A stretch of 32,000 nt of DNA from Planctomycetales bacterium. GTDB taxonomy: Bacteria; 4484-113; JAFGCY01. Positions 25,902 through 32,000 of this stretch are shown here, piece by piece (the stretch's first letter is position 1; every line of letters begins with the position of its first letter). Made by a program: the position numbers and the translations under genes. The stretch covers positions 3,300,001 through 3,332,000 of the forward strand of contig CP060262.1 in the NCBI GenBank assembly GCA_022646745.1, read 5' to 3'. The notes under the pieces are model-generated. The model saw only the letters and a list, made by a program, of their open reading frames with translations. It ran no database searches and was not told the origin of the DNA.

Positions 25902-26639
25902 ATGAAGGTAAGTGCATTGCGGTCATTGATTATAGCTTTAGCAGTGCTGTCTATTTATCCTGAGTTTAGCATTGCAGCAGAAAATTTTGACACAATTATT
26001 TCAACTACTAATTTGAGATGTGATGGAAGTGAGAATTACTGGAATGTGGAGCTTCGACAAGATGACATGGATAGATTTGGTCATCCTAGGAATGTCGAGT
26101 CATCAATTATCTTGTGGGATACATATTTGGTGATCTTTAAAAGTAGTCAACCTAGTGCGATCTTTGGAACTAAACCATTGTCGGAAGCCCCTGTCGAATA
26201 CCAAGACAATGATGTGATCACTCGAATATCCAGCATCCGCAGACTACCTAACATGATTAAAGGAAGCAAGCGCGATTTACTGGCAGTGTTTTTTGATAGA
26301 TTTCATTACAAAGTACTAGACATTACAACGGACGGCATATTAAATACAATTCTTGATGTATCAGTAGAGAACTATGACGAATTATTGCTCTTTGATTGCG
26401 ACGATGACAATATTCTAGATTTAGTTATAAGTTATGGAAATTTAGCCACTTACGATTCTGAAGTTGACGATAAGATTCCATTACCCATCATTATACAAGA
26501 CAAGACTATAAATGTTAGACAATTACCGCCTAGTGTTAACTTGTCTTCTACATATGTAGTATTCAGAATGATGCAACAAGACGATAATGATAGTATTGGT
26601 GTTAGCTTTGATTGCATAGAATTGGAAGACGTAGTCTGA
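25902..26639 (+). CDS. secreted or periplasmic protein, candidate cognate immunity for the RHS tail
   Basis: Track ORF 25854-26639. I prefer ATG 25902, giving MKVSALRSLIIALAVLSIYPEFSIA/AENF (signal-peptide-like). It starts 39 nt after the RHS stop and shares the low GC of the RHS 3' end. No family recognised. Confidence 0.5.
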   Translation: MKVSALRSLIIALAVLSIYPEFSIAAENFDTIISTTNLRCDGSENYWNVELRQDDMDRFGHPRNVESSIILWDTYLVIFKSSQPSAIFGTKPLSEAPVEYQDNDVITRISSIRRLPNMIKGSKRDLLAVFFDRFHYKVLDITTDGILNTILDVSVENYDELLLFDCDDDNILDLVISYGNLATYDSEVDDKIPLPIIIQDKTINVRQLPPSVNLSSTYVVFRMMQQDDNDSIGVSFDCIELEDVV

Positions 26640-26675
26640 TCCAACACCAACACTTTATGCTGCATACTATTGTGG

Positions 26676-26948
26676 TTATGTAGTTGTTCTTGACCTCCCT
26701 CCTTCCATCAGACTAATCACAATGTGGGGAAACCAGCACATCAAACAGCCAGTAATTCCTCCTTCCCTGGTCTGTTTCTTACACCACCTACGTCTGAATT
26801 CCGCGGGACTCAGGTATCCCAATGAGCAGTGCGGACTCTCCATGTTGCAGTTAGGACTCAAATGGTAGATCCTACCGGGTCTCATCCAGGTTGGCAAACA
26901 GCCATTCATTATATTACTGCTCGTGGAAGGTTCCATATAGATTCTCAA
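26676..26948 (-). pseudogene. remnant of an rve-type (IS3/IS481-like) transposase C-terminus
   Basis: The translation contains ...SPHCSLGYLSPAEFRRRW, the conserved (R)PH.SLGY.(S/T)P.EF end of DDE integrase-core transposases. No catalytic core, no credible start and no inverted repeats were seen. Confidence 0.45.
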
Positions 26949-27013
26949 CTAAGCCGTTTTAGTCACTGAATATTCACTAATTTTAGTCTCTGATCCTCCA
27001 GTGCAATTCTCAG

Positions 27014-28654
27014 TCAGTCCCTATCAATAAACCCCAAGCCCTCTACTTCGGGTGGTAACTTGCTAGGATTATTCCTCCTTTCCTTTACTCCTTCAAGATA
27101 GTGGTCAATTGAATCCATCAGGTTCTTCTTTCGCTTTTCTTGTTGATCCTTCAGCTCCTCATGCGGACGGTACTCTACGTTGTAGGGGAAGCTCCGCTTC
27201 GGTGCTATCGGGTTGTCATGCGTCTTGATTAGTTCAGGATGCTCCATTGCTCCCTTGACCATCAGATACGCCTTGCGTTGCTCCAGACGAGAGAGACTAT
27301 GGAACGCTACTTCCCACATCTCAGGTAGCGAGAACTTGTTCATCGGTTCCTGGAGCAAGCCAGCTTCGCGCTGCTCCAGTTGCTTTACGATGTTTGTACT
27401 TTCCTTGGCCAGCCGTTCGGCATCTTGCCTTGCGACCCGGTAGTAAATCTGGGTCTGGCAGTTGCCAAGAATGAGAGCCAGCAGTTTGTCATCCAACTGC
27501 TTGAGAGACTGGTGCGCCATTGTCAGGCAGAGGCCGAACTTCCGGGCTTCTGTAAGAACGGTTGCAAAGCTTTCAGTGGCAATGTTTTGGAACTCGTCGG
27601 CATAGAGGGCAAAGGGACGGCGAGAATCCATGCCACGCGTCAGGAAGCTGGACTCAATGTCTGCCATAAGCATGGCTCCGAATAGGTCAGCACTTAGTCC
27701 TAAACGACCTTTAGCCAGATTGACCAGCAAGATTCCACCACTGTCCATAATCTCTCGGATGTTGAATCCACTCTCGACCTGCCCTAGCCTTGCCCCGATG
27801 CGAGGGTCAGCCAGGAAGGCCGATACCTTGTTCAGGCTACTTTCGATGAACATCGTTCGCTCTTTGCTGTTCCAGACATTGTACCGGCCATAGAAGAAGT
27901 CCTTGGTCGTGTCAGTGCTGGTCTCGGCTAACAGCATTTCGCGGAAGTCAGCATCCACCAGGACTTGCTCGAACTGGTGCAAGGTTAGATTGTGCTCGAT
28001 GAGGAGCGCCAAGGTGTGCCGAAGGATGTCTTCCATCCTTGCGCCCCAGCTGTCTTCCCAAACACGCTTGAAGGCCAACAGTAGTCTTGCAACCTGCTCT
28101 GCAATTGGAACGCCTTCTCGGCGCTGCAGTGGATTGTATGGAAGCATGTGCTCCATATCCGCCAGGTCGAGGAGCACGGCCTGCTCCCGGCGCTCGTTAA
28201 GGTGCGGAATACTGTCCGTGATCAGATCCCCGTGCGGGTCAATTACACAAAAGCCCATTCCGCTGGCAATGTCCTGTACGATGAAATTCATCAGCAAGGA
28301 AGACTTGCCAGCCCCTGAGGCACCGACCACATACATGTGAGTGGAGCGGAAATCGCCTGGGAGCATAAGGGTATTGGCAAACCCAGAACTCTTGGTATCG
28401 CCAATTGCCAACGAATACTCACCATACAGTTCATCTGGAGTATGGTTTTGCAGAATCCATAGCGCCTCGGCATTGGCAGCATTGGCAAGGTCTCGCACCT
28501 TGAGAAAGCCGGTCGTGTAATCCTCCATGTGATACATGAAGCCGGTCAGTGAGGCGCGAATTCCCCAGATGATTCCAACGGCTACTGCAATCTCCAGCAT
28601 CCATACCAGAAGACTAAGCACTATGTTCAGAACGATATTTAATTCTGGAAACAT
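27014..28654 (-). CDS. membrane-anchored FtsK/HerA-superfamily P-loop ATPase, TraD/VirD4 (type IV coupling protein)-like
   Basis: 546 aa. N-terminal TM segments. Walker A VVGASGAGKSS followed by FCVIDPHGDL. Walker B FALYADEFQN. ARKFGLCLTMAHQSLKQL is typical of the TraG/TraD C-terminal module. Confidence 0.65.
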   Translation of the reverse strand: MFPELNIVLNIVLSLLVWMLEIAVAVGIIWGIRASLTGFMYHMEDYTTGFLKVRDLANAANAEALWILQNHTPDELYGEYSLAIGDTKSSGFANTLMLPGDFRSTHMYVVGASGAGKSSLLMNFIVQDIASGMGFCVIDPHGDLITDSIPHLNERREQAVLLDLADMEHMLPYNPLQRREGVPIAEQVARLLLAFKRVWEDSWGARMEDILRHTLALLIEHNLTLHQFEQVLVDADFREMLLAETSTDTTKDFFYGRYNVWNSKERTMFIESSLNKVSAFLADPRIGARLGQVESGFNIREIMDSGGILLVNLAKGRLGLSADLFGAMLMADIESSFLTRGMDSRRPFALYADEFQNIATESFATVLTEARKFGLCLTMAHQSLKQLDDKLLALILGNCQTQIYYRVARQDAERLAKESTNIVKQLEQREAGLLQEPMNKFSLPEMWEVAFHSLSRLEQRKAYLMVKGAMEHPELIKTHDNPIAPKRSFPYNVEYRPHEELKDQQEKRKKNLMDSIDHYLEGVKERRNNPSKLPPEVEGLGFIDRD

Positions 28655-28714
28655 GAATGCAGTCTAGAAGAAACTGCGAAATCCACATAATTAAATCTAA
28701 GTAAAACAGGCTGG

Positions 28715-28936
28715 CTACTTGTCCAGCTTCACGCCAGCGACGATATCGGCAAGTTCACATCCCAAGGCAGAACACAGGCGTGCCATGGTTTGAAGAGAGA
28801 TGTTGACCTTACCCAGCTCAATGTCGCTCAGGTGGTGGCGCTCGATGCCACTGGCCTCAGACAGCGCCGCCTGGGACATCTTCTTGCGCGTCCTCACCAC
28901 CCGGATATTCATCCCCACCTGTTCAGCCACACTCAT
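28715..28936 (-). CDS. XRE/Cro-CI family helix-turn-helix regulator
   Basis: 73 aa. NIRVVRTRKKMSQAALSEASGIERHHLSDIELGKVNISLQTMARLCSALG is a canonical HTH_3 pattern. It lies 60 nt upstream of, and co-oriented with, the ATPase. Confidence 0.8.
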   Translation of the reverse strand: MSVAEQVGMNIRVVRTRKKMSQAALSEASGIERHHLSDIELGKVNISLQTMARLCSALGCELADIVAGVKLDK

Positions 28937-29152
28937 GGGGCAATGGTCTCAGGTTGCGCCTTTTATCGTAAGTCCGACATCATACCTGTTTTGTGTGGTA
29001 TAACCTAACATCAAGAAAAAGGCGTCCATTGGTACTGGTCGCCTTTGGATGCCAAGCGAGGAACAAATGGGTGCTCGGCCATTTGAGGTTACGCCTCAAG
29101 ACTGGCCTGCGCAAGACTTTTTGCGCCGGTACATCTGTACTAGGAGCAAGGC

Positions 29153-29854
29153 ATGGATATCTTCGACCTGGCTACGAAGTTCGGTAGCCTCCACAATGCC
29201 ATCCAGATACTACTTTCCGCAGTCCCGTTCTCGCTGGTGGCGCTCGGCTATCTGCGCGTGCGTGTCCACCACCAGCGTCTCTACAGCAAGGCCGTCAGAA
29301 GCCTGCCCCGATACCTGAACTACCTACGCTCCCGGAGCTTGGTACTCAAGGTGGCTGACACCCCGATGCAATTCCGCCTGGAACAGATCGAAGGCCGGAT
29401 TGCCAAGGAGCTGAACCTCAACCTGCGCCCTGATATGACAGGTTGGATCAGCTACATTAACCCCGGCCACCGGGACTATCTCCGGCAGGCTATTCGTCAG
29501 CTGGGCAGCGAAGTGTTTCGCGACTTCGCCGACGACCTGCTTCTGCGCCTCATCCTGATGCTGGACTGCATGGCAGACTTCGAGAACCTGCGCAAGCGCT
29601 CCCGCTGGACGCTGGATGCCATTGCCCATTCCCGCAAACGAGACGAACTCCGCCAGCGTCTTGAGGAGGACTTCAAGGAACTGGACTACCACATCCGCAT
29701 CATGAAGCTCTACCTCGCCGGTGAGCTTGACCCCGACATCTGCTCTCCTGAAGAGTCCACGATGTTCCGGAGTCTGCTGGAAGAGAAGTACAAGGCATAC
29801 ACAGAGCTGTGCAAAGAGGATGCAGAGTTGGCAACGAGTAAAGTTGCCAACTAG
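29153..29854 (+). CDS. hypothetical protein (233 aa)
   Basis: ATG is preceded by AGGAGCAAGG. One N-terminal hydrophobic helix, then a charged helical protein. No family recognised. The antisense ORF 29324-29956 was judged spurious. Confidence 0.5.
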   Translation: MDIFDLATKFGSLHNAIQILLSAVPFSLVALGYLRVRVHHQRLYSKAVRSLPRYLNYLRSRSLVLKVADTPMQFRLEQIEGRIAKELNLNLRPDMTGWISYINPGHRDYLRQAIRQLGSEVFRDFADDLLLRLILMLDCMADFENLRKRSRWTLDAIAHSRKRDELRQRLEEDFKELDYHIRIMKLYLAGELDPDICSPEESTMFRSLLEEKYKAYTELCKEDAELATSKVAN

Positions 29855-30275
29855 GACTTTAGGTTTAGTCGGTATGTTTAGTTTTAGTTTCCCGCGTACA
29901 GTCGAATTGAATGCGCCGACCCGGCGTACGGAACGCCATGGCAGGAGGAATAGCACTCGTATCGAGTGTATGGATACAGCCTGTTTGCACAGTCAGGAAG
30001 CGGGTTATCGTAATGGCTTACCCCTTCCTACCGGAATAAGGGTCGTAAGAAGGGGCATTTACACGTTCGTCGGAAGGGGTAGACGACCTCTTTCCAGAGG
30101 ACTGAGCAGACTCAAAGTAGGTTCGAAGGTCAGCCAGGAGGGGCTGCCAACCGGAACTTTCACCGCGCTCCGCGAGGAGCGCGTAAGGCAGAATCCAATC
30201 CCAGAGCGCATTTCGGGAATTAACTCGCAGGGTTGGGTTGTGCCTTCCTACAGTCAGGCAGATAATGTAGGGGTT
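29855..30275 (+). other. hairpin-dense non-coding leader upstream of the MBL/serine-recombinase pair (candidate structured RNA or recombination-site region)
   Basis: No convincing CDS here. Hairpins seen: 29913-29927; 29954-29968 (CACTCG-tat-CGAGTG); 30087-30100; 30131-30146; 30165-30182 (GCGCTCC-GCGA-GGAGCGC). Competing pairings: GGAAGCGGG (29996-30004) / CCCCTTCC (30021-30028) / GAAGGGG (30049-30055) / GGAAGGGG (30072-30079). ACAGTCAGG is repeated at 29989 and 30250. Confidence 0.2.
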
Positions 30276-31145
30276 ATGGACATTCGAATCTTTGACGTTG
30301 AACACGGCGATTGCATCTTGATTCTGAGTTCCAAGAATGAGGCCGTACTTGTAGATTGTGGTTGGAACCACACAACCGGCTGGAGAGTGTCCGATGGGTT
30401 GGCAAAGCAAGGCTTTGGTAGTCGCCGGAAGCTCCATCATGTAATCATCACTCATCCAGACCAGGATCATGTTGCCGACCTACCAAACGTGCTTGAGACA
30501 CTCAAGCCAATTCATGTCTGGCAACATCCTCAGTTGTATCTCAAGAACATCGCAGACTTAAAGGCCACGCTCAGTCTGGCGCAGAGTGCCTACCTTGCCA
30601 GCCGGAAGTCTACTACGGAGCTTCAACCACTTGAGGCATCCAGACAGTTTCGGACAATGGAACTACACCAGTTCTACCTGCCGGTCGGCTCGGTGCGGGA
30701 CGTTAACGACCTGTCGCTGGTAACGTTCCTCAAGGAAGATGGATTCACCGTCTGCCTGCCTGGTGACCTGAATGCTCGTGGCTGGCGTCTGCACTTGCAG
30801 AACAAGGCGTTCCAGTACTGGCTTCGAGAGACAAACCTGTTCATTGCCTCACATCATGGCCGGATGTCCGGCTATCTCGACAAGGTGTTTGAATACCTCT
30901 CTCCCAAACTGATTGCCATTTCCGACAAAGAGCAGACCAAAGGCAGGACAGTCACTCAGCGCGCGCCATACACTGACCATACCAGAGGCGTGAAAATGAA
31001 GGATGGCAGCTTCCGGCGCGTCCTGACAACCCGTGGCGATGGCAGAATCAGAATTGTCGTCAAAGATGGAAAGTGGGAAGTGGAAACCTCTCGCTCTCAA
31101 ACCAGTTATTCAAAACCATATTCCAACTCTAAGGAAAAACCATGA
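30276..31145 (+). CDS. metallo-beta-lactamase-fold hydrolase, ComEC/Rec2-like subgroup (second copy)
   Basis: In-frame ATG 30276 of track ORF 29721-31145, preceded by AGGGG. Starts MDIRIFDVEHGDCILI. Motifs: IITHPDQDHVADL (an HxDxDH variant), CLPGDL, FIASHHGRMSG. The stop overlaps the recombinase start (ATGA). Confidence 0.75.
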   Translation: MDIRIFDVEHGDCILILSSKNEAVLVDCGWNHTTGWRVSDGLAKQGFGSRRKLHHVIITHPDQDHVADLPNVLETLKPIHVWQHPQLYLKNIADLKATLSLAQSAYLASRKSTTELQPLEASRQFRTMELHQFYLPVGSVRDVNDLSLVTFLKEDGFTVCLPGDLNARGWRLHLQNKAFQYWLRETNLFIASHHGRMSGYLDKVFEYLSPKLIAISDKEQTKGRTVTQRAPYTDHTRGVKMKDGSFRRVLTTRGDGRIRIVVKDGKWEVETSRSQTSYSKPYSNSKEKP

Positions 31146-32000
31146 GCACTCCATCAGAGAACAAATTGAGATATCTGGCCTACTTCCGCAAATCCACCGA
31201 AAGTGATGAACGGCAGGTTCAGAGCATCCCTGACCAGAAGGATTGGGCTAACAAGGTTACTAACGAGCATCGGCTTACCATCATCAAGAGTAGGGAAGAA
31301 AGCAAGAGCGCTAAGAAGCCCGGCAGAAGTCAGTTCAATCTCCTGATTAAGGACATAGATGATGGCAAAGGCAACGCCGTTGTCGCATACGATGCTTCTA
31401 GACTGGCCAGAAACGCTCTTGATGGAGCCCGTATCATCGACTTGATGGACTCAGGAAAGCTTCAAGCAATCGTTACTGCTACGAACACGTTTCGCAATAA
31501 CAGCTCTGATAAGTTCATGCTGTCCTTCTTCTTTGCACAGAGCAAGCACTACGTTGACAACCTCAGCGAAGTGACATTGCGTGGAATGCGCAGCAAGGCA
31601 AAGAAGGGAGTATTCCCCGGTAGAGCCAAGTTTGGATATCTCAATCACCCTCGTACAAAGGAAATCGTCCCTGATCCAGAAGTATTCCCATACATCAAGG
31701 AACTGTATGAGATCTATGCCACCGGCTACTACGGCTTGCGGGAGATGTCAGAAGTTTCTTATGACATGGGACTCCGCAACTTCTCAGGTGGCATGTTGTC
31801 AAAGTCCCAGATAATGCGAATCCTGTCCGATCCCTTCTACTACGGAGCCTTCCGCTGGGCAGACGAAGACTATGAAGGCGTCCACGAGCCAGCCGTCTCC
31901 CATGAGCTGTGGGAGGCTGTTGAACGTGTCAGAAGCCACAGAGGACATTCAATCTCCAAGTGGCGCAAGCAGTATCCGTTCCTGGGTATGTTCCGCTGTG
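31142..32000 (+). CDS. large serine recombinase (N-terminal ~286 aa; 3' end outside window)
   Basis: Open frame from ATG 31142 to the window edge; not in the track. YLAYFRKSTESDERQVQSIPDQ (catalytic Ser context), AYDASRLARN, then recombinase-domain features (FPGRAKFGYL, ILSDPFYYGAFRW). Confidence 0.9.
   Translation, partial: MSTPSENKLRYLAYFRKSTESDERQVQSIPDQKDWANKVTNEHRLTIIKSREESKSAKKPGRSQFNLLIKDIDDGKGNAVVAYDASRLARNALDGARIIDLMDSGKLQAIVTATNTFRNNSSDKFMLSFFFAQSKHYVDNLSEVTLRGMRSKAKKGVFPGRAKFGYLNHPRTKEIVPDPEVFPYIKELYEIYATGYYGLREMSEVSYDMGLRNFSGGMLSKSQIMRILSDPFYYGAFRWADEDYEGVHEPAVSHELWEAVERVRSHRGHSISKWRKQYPFLGMFRC

Noticed and set aside
29324-29956. 210-aa minus-strand ORF opposite the 233-aa gene
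   Set aside because: It has no SD and a shadow-ORF composition. The plus-strand gene has an ATG with AGGAG and a coherent charged/helical sequence. I cannot fully exclude it without homology data.
29721-30275. N-terminal 185-aa extension of the second MBL ORF, as drawn in the track (474 aa)
   Set aside because: The extension overlaps the end of the 29153-29854 gene and translates to Arg/Gly/Thr-rich sequence with no MBL similarity. The MBL fold begins at MDIRIFDVEHGDC (ATG 30276), which has an AGGGG SD-like element.
30018-30470. 150-aa minus-strand ORF spanning the leader and the MBL 5' end
   Set aside because: It overlaps the conserved N-terminus of the MBL gene on the other strand, and no start context or motif is seen.
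1-32000. CRISPR arrays, rRNA, retron/DGR (reverse transcriptase) or toxin-antitoxin pairs
   Set aside because: No regularly spaced direct repeats, no RT motifs (YxDD) in any long ORF, and no rRNA-like segments were seen. The lone XRE gene has no small toxin partner.

Overview
This window looks like a mosaic accessory or mobile region (plasmid- or ICE-like) on a backbone of about 55% GC. All family calls come from motif recognition by eye, not from database searches.

Left to right:
- Small secreted, membrane and DUF-type genes (0.4-3.4 kb).
- A ComEC-type metallo-beta-lactamase (MBL) fold gene (3.7-4.8 kb).
- A long minus-strand gene string at 4.9-12.7 kb: Replic_Relax-like protein, Zn-ribbon membrane protein, then a complete type I R-M system (hsdM, half-size hsdS, hsdR), then a tightly coupled 4-TM protein.
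- A low-GC islet with a minimal graspetide (omega-ester RiPP) pair, a 47-aa precursor plus a microviridin-type ATP-grasp ligase (12.8-13.9 kb), followed by a DUF6624-like gene.
- A three-gene overlapping operon containing DUF2958 (14.6-15.8 kb).
- A second low-GC gene (15.95-16.75 kb).
- An operon of a trigger-factor-N-domain-like protein, a NifS/IscS cysteine desulfurase and a 108-aa protein (17.0-19.1 kb).
- A divergent 2186-aa RHS/YD-repeat polymorphic toxin (19.3-25.9 kb). After a poly-Gly linker its tail is extremely Cys-rich and ends in an SLT/VirB1-like lytic-transglycosylase motif set. It is followed by a low-GC signal-peptide protein (candidate periplasmic immunity) and an IS (rve) remnant.
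- An XRE regulator plus an orphan TraD/VirD4/HerA-like P-loop ATPase (27.0-28.9 kb).
- A hypothetical gene, a hairpin-dense non-coding stretch of about 420 nt, then a second ComEC-type MBL gene joined by an ATGA overlap to a large serine recombinase that runs off the right edge.

No rRNA, tRNA or CRISPR array was seen.

Best candidates for something new:
- the minimal graspetide pair with an unfamiliar Thr/Asp core;
- the RHS tail (Cys-rich module plus SLT-like domain) with its secreted immunity candidate;
- the extra genes welded to the type I R-M operon;
- the non-coding leader, MBL and serine-recombinase module.
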